Shown here in pieces: positions 1 through 13,178 of a stretch of DNA of 64,000 nucleotides (positions within the stretch are counted from its first letter, which is position 1; each line of letters begins with the position of its first letter). The DNA comes from Paraspadella gotoi. Its lineage: Eukaryota; Animalia; Chaetognatha. A model generated the notes under the pieces. The model searched no databases and had not been told where the DNA came from. It worked only from the letters and a program-made list of their open reading frames with translations. The stretch covers positions 22,196,278 to 22,260,277 of the forward strand of contig CM119265.1 in assembly GCA_051294375.1 (NCBI GenBank). Direction: 5' to 3'. Made by a program: the position numbers and the translations under genes.

Positions 1-74
1 ATCGCCTGTAAAAATTATTCGATTTATTTATTCATTAATTAATTAATTAATTTATTTATTTTTTCCACTCTCAC

Positions 75-2034
75 GTCGTTAAACTCGAGCTTCTTGCGAT
101 GCAGCGCCCCCTTGATATTGTGAAAGACGGCGACGGAGGGATTCGTCTGAATCGCCAGCGAGATTTTTCCCGCGGCTGCTTGAAATTTCCCGCGTAAATC
201 CATTTGAACCGCGGACATCATCAGAGCCGAGGCTCGAGCCTCGATCCCGCGGAGGAGTTTGAGTGCCTCAGAGTGAGTTGGGTCTAATTCAAGGGATTCT
301 CTGAAAGGGAAGCAAGAGACGTTTGTGTCCCGACCCATTGCAAAAGTGTCCAATAATAATGTAGAAAATGACTGAATTAATGTAACTAACGTTTTTTTAA
401 TAAAGAAATTATCACACCTCACGTCGTAGTAACATTCTGTGATTCGATTGGACAACTGGTGAAGCCTGGCCCGCATGATGTAGAGATCTGCGTTGTCGCT
501 GTTGAGTCCGATCGCCCGATTGACGAGAGACAAGCATTCCTTGTGCCGACCCAGCGAAGCCAAGCAGGCGAAGCTCCGCGCTTGGTAGGCGATCACGTTG
601 GGCTGCATCTGCGCGGCTCTGCTGAAGGCGTCGAGGGAGTCGGCGAACAGGTGCTGGTCGAAGAGGACGCGCCCCCAAAAGTAGGTGACGAAGGCGAGGT
701 GCTCCGTCATCCGTGGGGCGGCGTCGGGATCGAGGGAGATCACCTTTTGGAAGGGATAGAGTGCAGGGAGAAAAATATTAAGAAAGGAGGAAAAATTATT
801 AAATAACGCGTGTTTAAAAGTAATAATCGTTTTAAGGAATGTTAGATTCATTAAGACGGTCCGTCTATCAATCAGTGACTTAAAACTTAAAGAAAGTCAT
901 TTATTGATTTAAGAAAGATTCATCCAGGCTCGCCAGATGCCGTGATGAAAAATCCTTTAAATATTTTTTTCTCAACAAAAGAACAGGAAACTTTTTTTTT
1001 ACTGAAATCTCAAAAGCTGCATTAAAAAAAACGACGAGTTATCCAATTAAAAAAAGAAACAACAAAAACAACAACAACAACGCCCTCCGACAACCTTCTT
1101 GATGTCTTCCATGGCCGAGGGAAAGTCACAGATCTGGAGATAAGCCTCGGAGCGTCTCTTGTAGAAGTCGATGACGAGCGGTTTGAGATGAAGGGCTTTG
1201 TTGAGGCGTCTGAAGAGATGCGGGGGGGGGGTTGTAGTGAGTTGAATCAAAACTATTGAGTGTTAACTTCGAGAAAAAGAGAATCAATGAGAAATATCAG
1301 TTCAGAAAAGAGAAAAAAGAAACTGAATTAAATACGACGAACGAAAAATAACAGAAAACAAAAAAGAGAAGAATAAAATAACCCAACCTGATAGCAATCT
1401 CGTAACCGACTCCGTTCATATTTTTGACGGCTTCCCTGTAGTGGTCCAACGCTTGACCGACGACAATTTCCTCCATCGTGGGCAAGACGGTCGGACCGAA
1501 CACCTGGAGGGAAGATATAATCCAAGTTTACGGTACTGGAAAATTGGCAAGGGGCGCAGTGGTATCTAGGTAATAAAAGGTAATAAATATTACGTCATTT
1601 GAAATAATGTTTTTGAGTTCGATTCGGTTTCGTTTGGATTGCATTGTTTTGTATTGTCTTTTGTTCGGCCTTGCCACGCGAACCTGGAGCGCCCCCGTCG
1701 CCGGCAACAGCGCCGACGTCTTTCCCTCCTTCGTCGCCGACGCCGTCGCGTCCTCTGTCTCCTTCGCTTCCTTTTCCTCCCCTTCCTTCCTCTCTTCCTC
1801 TTCCTCTTCCTCATTCTCTTCTTTCTTTTCTTCGTCGCTGATCCTTATCTTAACTCCCGCCGCTTTGGCAGCGGCGGCTGCGGCGGCGGCGTCGGATTTG
1901 ACAGCGGCAGTGTCGGTGGCCTCAGCGCCGTCGGTAAGGCTCGGGGGAAATGTGAGCGCGAAAGGTTGACGATTCGATTCTATTTCGAAGATGGAATCTA
2001 AATCCGATCTGGAATCGAAAATAGTTTTGGATAA
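75..2034 (-). CDS. TTC16: TTC16-like TPR protein, 5' part; runs off the window start
   Basis: GT-AG exons in consistent phase: 2034-1684 (Met-less open frame), 1503-1388, 1209-1095, 743-418, 300-75. Translation LNKALHL..DFYKRRSEAYLQICDFPSA..LAFVTYFWGRVLF..NADLYIMRARL..CYYDVRESLELDPTH resembles the TTC16 TPR array. First in-frame ATG is at 1476. Confidence 0.85.
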
Positions 2035-2559
2035 TCAGTTGGACAATGGACGATAGATTTTGTGCTGCGTCAATAGGAAGGTTTACTTAGTTCAAAGTCA
2101 GTGATTACACTTGACATTCATTAGTTTTAGTTATTTATCGAAATCCTTGATTTATTATAAGTCAATCCGGTTGATGAATTACAAAATTTAACTCTATTTA
2201 ACTCTATTTTAATCTATATTACTCTCTTTAACTCCTCAACATAAACTTTAAAAACGTCAACCAACTTTTTGCTTTTGTCGAATTTGAGCAAAGCGCTGAG
2301 ATCCTCTCCAAGAACCACTCCTCCTCCCCCTCCTCCTCCTCCTCCTCCTTCTTCTTCTCCGCCGGCGCTGTCCACATCGTCCATGTCGTCTTCCTCCTCG
2401 TCGACGGCCGCGTCGGCAGCCGCGTCGGCAGCTGCGACGGCGGCGTCGGGGGCGGCGTCGACGCCGGCTTCGCTGCCGCCTGAGCTGGCGCCGGGAAGGA
2501 GACTCTTTCGCTTTTGCGTTACGCGCGTCACGGGACGACGAGCGACGAAGTCGAGGCTC

Positions 2560-2594
<35 letters not shown>

Positions 2595-2964
2595 AGAAGG
2601 TTTGTTTATGTCTCTGTCTCTCTCATACCCTTTTGTTCTGGAAGTTTTCATTAAAAAAAAAGAACAAAAACAAAAACAAAACAAGAAAAATCAAAAACAC
2701 AAAATGATATAAAATGAAAACAAAAACAACAACAACAACAACAACGACAACCTCCTGATGTCTTATTTCCGCCAACTGATGCGCCACGATCATCCCCATC
2801 GCCTCCTTCTCGTCCAGACTCCAGTGCTTGGAGCTTTCGTCGAGGTCATCCCTAGTGCGGAGTCGGCTCGGCCAGAAGGCGTCGAGCGAACCGTCAAAGT
2901 CTGAAGGACGGTTGGGAAGGGTTTGAAAGCAATCAATCAATTCATGAAATCAATATAATCGTTT

Positions 2965-3032
<68 letters not shown>

Positions 3033-3453
3033 CTCAATAAATCTATTATATACAATCAACATTTAAATAAATCTTTAAAATCTATCATTTGAATCAATCC
3101 GCTCATTACTAGGACGTACTCAAGGCGGCTGCGCTACCGACAGTGAACTCGTCCCCCGACGACGTTGAAGACTGCGACTTGGCTTTGTTGACGACCAACT
3201 GGAGGCTTCCGATCGACTGCATCGAAGTTTTGACTTCGCTTTTGTTTGGTCGAATTCGATCGTCGAACTCGGGGAAAATCTGTAAGTCAATAAATAATAA
3301 ATAAATCAATCAAGCTTTATATCATTCGATCGACTAATAAATTATCATTTAATTAAGAATCAATAAATCGATCAATCAATCAATCAATCAATGAATCAAT
3401 CATTGAATCAATCATTCAATCAATCAATCATTCATTCATTCAATCAATCAATG

Positions 3454-3510
<57 letters not shown>

Positions 3511-6304
3511 GTCTAATCACTCAATAAAACCAATCGGCCTCACCTTTCCCGACTTTTGCCTCTCGACGACGGGAATCTTGAAGAGGACATCGGGGTCGAC
3601 CTTCGGAAGCCTCCGCGTCTCGTCTCCTCCGTCGGCCATGTCGTCGACGAGACACTGCAGCCACGCCCATTCCTCCACGGGGAAGTGCTCCGTCGACGCC
3701 GTCGTCGAAACCTTTTGGCGACGCGATTTGGAGGCCTTCGATTTCGGCGACATGTCCTGCGAAAGGATGGAGGCTGGAGTTTGGTTACGTGAAAAAAAAT
3801 GGGGCGATGGTTTAAGTATATGGTGGTCATTGGTGAAATCTTTTTTGGACAGGGTGGGTGGAGATCAGCGAGAGTTTGATAAATACCATGAAAAAAAAAG
3901 GAGAAGTACGAAAAAAAGTTAGAGAAAAAAAAAAAGGGAGGAAAATTATCTTTACAATGTTAAGAAGCACGTTAATAAAAATGGTAGAGTTATTAATATC
4001 GTTTTGATCGAATTAAAGGAATTAAATATTTTATATAGCGTTCGGTGCGAAGGAATTAAACATGCCGTATGAATCAGAATTTAAAAATCGACGCGGCGCG
4101 AGTGAAAGTTCAATTTAAATATTTATTCCATTTCTGACTTTCCGCCTCACATGCGCTGAGGACGCAAGCTGTTTACGGTTATCACGTTCGACTGCAAGCG
4201 AGTCGGTGAGTTGGCGACAACCGACGTTACCATTCTCGACGAATTCGGCGTCGAACCGACGTTGATCGACGAAGTAGACGAAGATTTTAACGAAAGCGTC
4301 GAAACGGGATTCGACGAAGCGACTGAAGGAGGCGCGACGATCGCGGTCGAAATAAAAAACAAAAGACGTCGCGGGCAGGAAAGTAAAACAAACGAACAAA
4401 ACGGGGTTGTTAACATTTAGAAGAAAATAAAATTATTTACGGGATACAAAAGTCGGATATTTCTCCATGGGAAAGACACCATAAAAACAGAGTTTGGGGC
4501 GAAATGGAGAAAAGTGTCAAATCCTGTCATGACGGAATTTTCAAGGTTTTTATGGGCGAAGGTCGTTTTTAGACTACTTCTTTTATATTACTGCCACGAC
4601 TTTCGAATATGGAAATATGATAAGTCAGGAAAGGTCAAATTTTATTTTAGATTAAACAAATGTTTTTTTTCGACGGTTTGTATTCTCAACCGGAAACGAG
4701 AATCATGACGATGTCATCATGACAGAAAAAGATATGCGCGATGGAAGAAGATCCAATCTAATTATTTTGGAAGGAAATGGCTTAAGGTTATCCACTCTGG
4801 AATATTCACAACAGGATCAATGCTTAAGCTTAAAAGTAAAACCAAAGAAAAGTGTCGATTCGGGCTTTTCACAAAAAACTTTTACCTGTCATTGACAGAA
4901 ATAATTGGCCATCGTTTCAAAAAGGGACCCATTTAAAGTTATATTAAGAAATAAGTTTGGTTTTAAGTTAAATAATTAGGTTAAGAGTTGTGGTTAAGAA
5001 TTTGGTTTATGAATTAGGGTTTATAATTGGAAGATAAGGTTAAGTATTAATGTTATGGATTAGGAATAGAAGTTATTGAATAAAGTTTAAAATAAGGGTT
5101 AGAAATTTGGTTATATATTTTTAAAAAATATTAAGGCTAGATTTTAAGATTAAAATTAAGTTTAAAGATTAGGAACAGAAAGGGGCGCTCTTGGTAAAAA
5201 GTGCCAAATAAACTTTAATTCCCGCCGTTTTCTTTTACCGTTGTTTTCGAGAGCCTCGTTCGCGTCAACGCCGCCGACGATTACGACGCCGCCTCTCGAT
5301 TCAAAGCCGTCGTTGGCGGCGCCGCTTGGGGAAACGACGCCGGGGAATTCGAAGGCGGCGCCGCCAACTTGAAAGGCGCCGCCTTCGTCTATCGATTCCA
5401 TTTTTGGCGCCGAAACGAAAATTCTCTTTTCTTCTTTTTTAGAAGTAAAATTACTTTTTGCCTTTGTTGTTGTCGTCGTTGTTGTCGTCTTCGTTTCCCC
5501 GAACGAAAAAATCTCGTTGTTGTTCTCTTCTTTCGGCAGCGAAACGAGCGTCTCCTTTCGGGTAAGTTCGAGCGAGTTGGAGACGGATGAAGGGACGCGG
5601 GTAAGTTCTGGCAATTTCTTATTCGATCCGGAAACGAATTCGAAAAGACTCGACATCCTTCGTTCCCCACGACAACTTTCACCACCTTTGCCCTTACTGT
5701 TCCTCCTCCTCCTCCTTCTCCTCTTCCTCGCCCTTGCCATCGCCCAGGTCCAAAACCAGCTCTCTTCTTCCTCCTCTTCTTTCTCCCTCTCCCAATAGAA
5801 GAGCGCTTTGTCACCCTCGGTCGTCGAGGCTCTGTCACGCTCGGAAGAGGACGCGTCGCATTCAGGAAAAGAGGCTCTGCTCCAGGTATTTCTCGTCGCT
5901 TTATCGCCCTCGTCTATCAAGACTCTGTCACGCTCGGAAGAGGACGCGTCGCGTTCAGGTAAAGAAGCTCTGCTCCAGGTATTTCTCGTCGCTTTATCGC
6001 TCTCGTCTATCAAGGCTCTGTCACGCTCGGGAGAGGACGCGTCACGTTCAGGTAAAGAGGCTCTGCTCCAGGTATTTCTCGTTGCTTTATCGCCCTCGTT
6101 TATCAAGGCTCTGTCACGCTCGGCGGAGGAAGCGTCGCGGTCAGGTAAAGAGGCTCTGCTACTGGTCCTCTTCTTTGTTTTGTCACCCTTGGCCGTTGAC
6201 GCTCTGTCACGCTCGGAGGACGCATCGCGTTCAGCTAAAGAGGCTCCGCTATGGGTCTTCCTCGTCGCTTTGTCATCCTCAGCATCGAACGAGTCGCCTT
6301 CCAT
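2035..6304 (-). CDS. Gene A: unidentified multi-exon low-complexity protein with an N-terminal 31-aa repeat
   Basis: GC-rich exons with splice sites: 6304-5239, 4322-~4150/4230 (donor ambiguous), 3756-3544, 3279-3120, 2900-2752, 2558-2223, 2064-2035 (HKIYRPLSN-TGA). If the last intron is retained the stop is TAG at 2214. No family recognised. Confidence 0.6.
5800..6295 (-). repeat. Coding tandem repeat, 93-bp (31-aa) unit, about 5 copies
   Basis: ctctgtcacgc recurs at 5830, 5923, 6016, 6109 and 6202; encodes EGDKATRNTWSRASLPERDASSSERDRALID-like units. Confidence 0.9.
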
Positions 6305-7690
6305 TGTTTACGACTTAGTTATTAAGCGGACGTGTCAATGATTAGTCTTTTATTGTTTTATGCGTAATTAGAGAGATACTTGACTCGGCTAAGAAAAATA
6401 CGTAATTATTTCTCAAGTTTCCTGCAGACGACGCGCAATTTAACCGAGGGATGTTTGTTATACGTATGCCAACCTGAATCTTCATTAATTCATTTTTAAA
6501 AAAACTTTATCGATACAATTCTCAATTATTCCTTTCGCTCAAACTACTTCTCCGAATATCTTGTATTTCTATCATTCTAAGTAATTGTGAAAAAAATATA
6601 GTATTTTATAATTTTTTTCAAAAAATTTAAAAATAAACTAAACCGGCTGCAGATTTCAATGCATTCATATTTCTAAAATTTCATGCGAGCTCGATAAACG
6701 TTCGAAACCTTTATATATAAATGAACCAGTAAAATAAAGTAAGTCAAGGTTGCCTGACGCAATTTAGATTTAACCGAAAACGAAATTAAGTGTGAACGCG
6801 TCGAAAGATGAGATCGAGAGGGTGGAATACGTCGCGCACCAAAAAAAAAAAATCGTCAAGAAATAAACGTTTAAACGTTATCAGCCACTCCCATCAGTCC
6901 CACACCCATCCCGGTCGACACCGTATCTATAATTACGTAACCAATACAAACATGATAGAGACAGAGAAGCGACGAAGACGATTACGCCTTTTCTCATAAC
7001 CGTTGGAAAGAAAAAAAAAAAAAAGGTGTCCCCGCACGAAAGAGACGCTCGAGTTTTTATTAATTCCGATTTAGACTTTGAAACGAAAAGTCCGTCGACC
7101 GTCTCCCCTTTTTTGAGTTTGGATTAATTACTTTTTATTAATAAATGCGTTTACGGATTCCTACGGACAGACAGATTCGTCATTCGAACCGAGTTTTGAC
7201 GAGACTGGGCCGAAAGAGAAAAAAATAGTTTACTTTTTTTTTTTAAATCGAGGTCTACATTCGTATCTTAGCAACTAGAGTCAACATTTCTTTCTCATTA
7301 GTTAATAACGCTTTTTAAAGATCGAGAACGACAGACGCTGCGGAAAGACGCGGCAGATTCGACAGCAGCACATCGAGGAAAAAAAAAAATTAAAGTTTAA
7401 GCTAATAATCGTGCGGTTTAACATTAGATGAGGATGAAAATAACCCAACATGAAATGTCGTTTAGAAAAACACGAGAACGTCGGTGTTTTTCTTTGTCCT
7501 CGAGTTACACTTTAAACTTTTGATTTTCAAAAGAGTCAAGATTTGACCAAATTTAGACTTAATCTTAGTGCAATTCGCATGTTTCTGCCACTTTCCCCAC
7601 CCCCTCTCCACCCCCCTCTCCACCCCCTCTCCACCCACTTCGAACTGCGTCCGGGTTGCTTGTTGCTTCACTGGGACAGAGACGCAGCCG

Positions 7691-7746
<56 letters not shown>

Positions 7747-7754
7747 CTCTCTCG

Positions 7755-7786
<32 letters not shown>

Positions 7787-7894
7787 TTCCCAAGGGAATG
7801 CGAGACGCAGCAGCGAGAGATTCACTGGTTTCCCTCTTTTCACTTCACCCAAACGCGGAGAACGGGCCACTCCCGACGCGTCCTTCCGTGAGTC

Positions 7895-7990
7895 GAGACG
7901 CGATTGGTCCGTTCTGTTTGCACCATGTCGCGGATCTGACCAATCAGCGTCTCGTTCGAATCGTTAACGCGCTGCCATTGGCGACGGAGG
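7895..7990. promoter_or_regulatory. Three CCAAT boxes in a probable divergent promoter (gene A / nuclear receptor leader)
   Basis: ATTGG 7903, CCAAT 7940, ATTGG 7977 in a CpG-rich patch; donor-like gtgagt near 8173. Confidence 0.45.
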
Positions 7991-8908
7991 CCGAGAACAC
8001 CATATCGAGGGAGAACCGAGAGCGCGCGCGGAAAAAAAGAGAGAGCGCGCGTGCGGAACTGCGTTTGTAAACAGACATCCTTTTGACGCCTTTATATTTC
8101 ACGTTTCACCGTTTTTCTTTACGTCTATTAATTACGTTGGATTTTTGAGGTTTTTAATTTTTTGAGTCTATGTGTGAGTGCGAGTATGTGTGTGTGTGTT
8201 TAATTGATGAACTTTCGATCACAAAGAAAAAAAGAAAGAAAAGAAAAATCGGTCGCCAGTTTTTTTTTTTCGTCTCCGTCGATTCGTTTCACGTTTTCAA
8301 TTTTATGTAAATCTCGCTCGAGTTTAATGGAAACGGAATTTTCGTCAACTGTTTTTTCTCGAAACTTACCAATTTTGCTCGCAATGTTGCCGTACCGTAG
8401 AATGCAAGGACCGATTTTTTTAAAACGGTTTCGTGGTTTCAGATTTTTTTTTTTTTTTGGACTCGGAACAACTGAAACGTTAACCTGATAATCGAAATAC
8501 TTATTATTTTTGTGAAAATCCCAGGCTTTTCCTTTGACCCCATACCTGACCTGAGTTAATTAATATTTCCTTTACGGAACAATAATTTCATTAAGTCGCA
8601 GCATATAAACTTAACGGAAAGAATGAGCCTTGATATTTTTTACATATCTCTTTTCGGATAAATTTTCTCTTTCTTCAGTATCATGTATTTTTCCGCCCCG
8701 TTTCCTTCAATTTCCTTTGATTTTTCGCTGTACTTTTGTTTTTCACTTTCGTCGCTTTCGTCCTTGTTCTTTTGTTTCTCTCTTTTTCCTCCTTATCCCT
8801 TCTTTCAAATATTTCCCATTCATTTCCCCCTTTTTTAAATTCTCGGTACGGTTCATTTGACCGACCGAGTGACCGACAAAAACAAGCGAGCGACGGAGAG
8901 CATTAATA

Positions 8909-9012
<104 letters not shown>

Positions 9013-9179
9013 GCACTGACATATTGGGATCGTTGCATTTAATGTGAAAAATCTCATTATGCGCAGAATTATAAGTTTCAATAGATTGTAATAGATCCTA
9101 AAATAGAAGCCAATATCATGTGAATACAGTAGCAATTAGAAATGAAAATAATAATTAACTAATCTCTATATTGTCGCAG

Positions 9180-9414
9180 GTGCTTCACGAATCTCGAATA
9201 TAGCAGCGACTTTTCATCTCTTGGATTAATTAATCTATCAAATACGAACTAGTGTCTGTTTCTGTCATTGCTCACTGCCGTCGTCTCCATTGTCGTCCTC
9301 GACGCTGACGTTTTTTGGCGCCAAATTTAAAAAAAGAAAATCTGAAAGAGAAAAAGCATGGAAGGCTTCGCTCACGCAAGGGACAGCATCATATCTGAGG
9401 ATGGGGACCTTGAG
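9180..9414 (+). other. Internal exon carrying a short ORF start (MEGFAHARDSIISEDGDLE); probably an upstream exon of the nuclear receptor
   Basis: Acceptor ttgtcgcag|g at 9179, ATG at 9358, consensus donor GAG|gtaagt at 9414. Confidence 0.5.
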
Positions 9415-10895
9415 GTAAGTCTATTTTAATTCATATAGTGTATATACGTCCGTCGGTTCAGTTTCGATTATTACGGTGACTGTGCGTTAATAATAAATAA
9501 ATATACTTAAGATCGATCGAAACTTATTTTCTTCGTATATTTTTCTGAGAATTAAATGAGTTTTATTTTATTTATTACAATAATATACAGATTTTATAAA
9601 ATTAATTATGGCGCTATGTGTAACAGTAAAATTTATTACTTTGAGTATTAGTAATACTTTTACTTAGGTTTTTCTCTAGAAACAAAACGACACATGTCGT
9701 TGATCATTTGTTTCTCGCCGGCTCGAGGGAGCGGCACAAGTTCGTTCAACGGTTCTCAGTATCAACTCGAACAAATCGCCAATGATATTCAAAAATTCGA
9801 ATCCGTCCTTAGGTTCATCTATAATAGAGAGGGTTCAAAGTTTTTTACACGAGGCTTTTTATTACACGAAATACAAGAAAAGTAAGATTGAAAGAGAAGC
9901 AACTGCAAGTCAAGAATGATATTATTATCATTATTATTATAATAATTTAGTTTATTATTATATAGTTTTGGAAACCAAACATTAATACGAAAAAACATTT
10001 TTTTTCTGGAAAGAACAAGAGAAAGATTTAATGCATTATACAAGAATCTAATAATATAAATAAACTCAAATAGGAGCGTATAAAATTAAAGTTCTTAAAA
10101 TTAATAAGTCGGAGTAACGAATTTTTGTTCAATTGATAGAAAATAATTTATATTCTTGATTCATGGTTTAAATATGATTTATTGAAGACAGAATACATAT
10201 ATCATTGGGAAAAAAAAAAGGAAGGAAAAAGCTGCTAACGTCTATCGCTTCCAGTAAATTATAATCTTTCATAATTGCCTATTATTTTTTTATTGGTCTC
10301 AAATATTAAATTCCCCACGTGAAAACTCAAAATTTCAACTAGATGAAGTACTAATACTGGTAATATAATTGCTATGGTAGATATAATTAAAAAAACATTA
10401 TCAGACTCAAAGAGTTTAGCATTTTCTTTAAATGGTGTTAAAGTTTTCTTCGAGTCATGGTGACCTTACATAAGAGTAACTACACCTATTGTACTTAACT
10501 CCTCTTAAAACTGCTTTAAAACTGCCCCCCGATTAGATCGAGAAATTTTTCCTTTGTTTATTTAAAGTGGGGGCAGTTCAGAGAATTTCCATAGTTTATC
10601 GTCGTCGCTTTCCCCAGAAAGTCCACTCTTCCCAATCGCCCATAGTCCCATAGTTCTACGGTTTCCCAAGGTTCCACGGTCCCGAGGCGTCACGGTTCCA
10701 CGACGCCGTCTTTCCCACCCGTTGCCGTCTCTCACGCGGATTTCTCAACTTTCTCTATTATTTTTTTTTTCACATTTTTTTTCTCTCTTTCCCCATTTTA
10801 GCTTTTTCCACAGTTTTCACACGAAAAATTTTTCAAGAAAAAACCAACGCCTGATTTTTTCGTGAATACCAGTTTTTTTCCCCCCTTCATCTTAA

Positions 10896-11021
<126 letters not shown>

Positions 11022-11825
11022 TTTCTCTACATTTTTTTCTCTCCTCCCTCGATGAATCGTAGTCGTCAACCATTTTTTTTTCTCGCTCCTTTCGACAAAA
11101 AGTCCCGAGCGAAGTCGCGTTGACCTCACGAGATCGAAACCGTGAGAAGTCCTCTTCGTCGTTGTCGTCGTCGTCGTCGTTGTCATCGTTGTCATCGTCT
11201 ACTTTTCATCACTCGTAACAGAGCAAAGTTGTTTTTTTTATACGATTTATCCTTTTGATTATAGCAATAGTAGCCAATAGTCATCGTCGTCGTTGTTGTT
11301 ATTGTTGTTATTGTTGTCGTGGAAGCAGCCATTTTGTTTTCAAAGCTTTTTTTTCTTCTCTCCCCCCTCCTTCCCAATAAATCGTCGTCGTCATTATTTT
11401 CGTTATCATCATCTTCGTCATCATAATCTTCGTCATCATCATCTTCGTCATCAGCGTCGTCGCTTTCAAAATCTTCGGAAACTCCCTCCCGTTGTTTTTT
11501 TTTAATTTTTTTTTTTTGACGCGTCGTCGTCGTTGTCGTCGTCGTTATCGTCATTGACGTCGTAATCTTCGTTTTAAAAAGCTCCCTGCTCGTTTGGAAC
11601 CGATGTCTTCAAGGCGACTGAAAGGACCCCGGGTCGAAATAAAAAAAATTTTAAAAAATCGAAAAAAAACCGATTTTCCTCCGGTCTTTTTTTTTCTCTC
11701 TTAATGGAAATTTTTTTTTCTCTCTTTCTCTTTTTCTTTGGGCATCAATGGATTTTCCCAAGTTCTCTACGATTTTGTCACAATCGGTCTCCCCTTCTCC
11801 CGCACTTTCATCGCCCCCCTTTATT

Positions 11826-11940
<115 letters not shown>

Positions 11941-12590
11941 CGCTATGATGATTGATTGAGACCTTCAGCAATTTAAATGCCGCTTCCAGCTGGCATATGA
12001 ATTAAAAATTCTGTATTTAAAAATAATAATGATTTATGTATCTAATTTTACCCAAAAAAATAAGAGAGAGAAAGAGAGGGTCATCCTGTAAGAGTAGCTC
12101 TTCATAAAGAGGTGTTAAAAAATGAGAATTTAGCATAAATAATAAAAGCACATATATAAAACATAAGCCACGGATAGTCTGGATCGACCTCAACGAACGG
12201 ATCTTGCATGTGATCAGTCTGTGAATGATTTAAAAGAAAGACAGAGAGAGAGAGAGAGAGAGCTTAAACATACGTACTTAAAACAAAAAAAATTAAATCA
12301 ACTTTTCTATTTCGTAAACACGAACGAGTTAATCCACAATGCTACTATTGATATTCAATCGCCATTTTTTTGTTCTTGTTGTTATGTTCCTCGTCCCAAC
12401 ATCGATATATTCTTTAGTCGAGGCCTCACCCACCACAGGTATTTCGGGGCCGAACGAAATTGGATGAGGAGGAAGAGAAAAAGGGGAGAAAGTGGGAAGG
12501 AAGAGTCCCCAGTTTTTTTCCCTTCATCTTCCCTCGTCATCTGATTCGCTAGCGTCCTCTATCGCGAGATTTCGACAATCAAAACTCGGG

Positions 12591-12644
<54 letters not shown>

Positions 12645-12963
12645 GAGTTCGTTAACCTATCAACGGCGACCGAAAACTCGGGAGCCTCGCCAAGATTTGG
12701 GTTCCTTTTAAACCCTTGTTCGGCGATAGCGGACCTGGCGAAGCATAATCGGATCGCATGATTATTTCGTGGGTCCCTTCTTCGATTGTTGCAGGCAGAG
12801 TAGATGGCTTTGATGACGGCGTGGTGTTTGTTTTTACGACAGTCTTATGACAACTTCGATGGCGAGGTATTCGCTGTAAACAACAAATCTTCCCCGTTGA
12901 AGTTGGTTGTCTTCATTTACTTCTCAGTTCTACGTAACGTCAACAGGAAAGTTTTGTGGTGAA

Positions 12964-13178
12964 CTCTTTTCTAGTTTTCGAGCGCCGAGAATCTTTACAA
13001 TTCTGAGAAATGTGACAAACACGTATTTTGATTTATATATTTATTTATTTATATTTATATATTTTAACTTAAAATATAACTTAAAATATATAAAGCATAA
13101 TTAAATCAAATCAAAATACGTGTTTGTCACATTTCTCAGAATTGTAAAGATCCTCGGCGCTCGAAAACTAGAAAAGAG
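12964..13178. repeat. Long inverted repeat (71-bp arms, 1 mismatch) around an AT-rich spacer; MITE- or foldback-like
   Basis: 12964-13034 is the reverse complement of 13108-13178. Confidence 0.9.

Noticed and set aside
2035-2037. Selenocysteine interpretation of the UGA
   Set aside because: No redox motif context, and the 3'UTR where a SECIS would lie is outside the window, so it cannot be supported.
4940-5170. Telomere-like TTAGG/TTAAGG tract
   Set aside because: Too degenerate; intronic low-complexity sequence.
5800-6295. CRISPR-like regular repeat
   Set aside because: Whole units are similar with no unique spacers; eukaryotic coding repeat.
5734-6341. Plus-strand ORFs over the 93-bp repeat
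   Set aside because: Antisense shadows of a stop-poor repeat; the splice sites support the minus strand.
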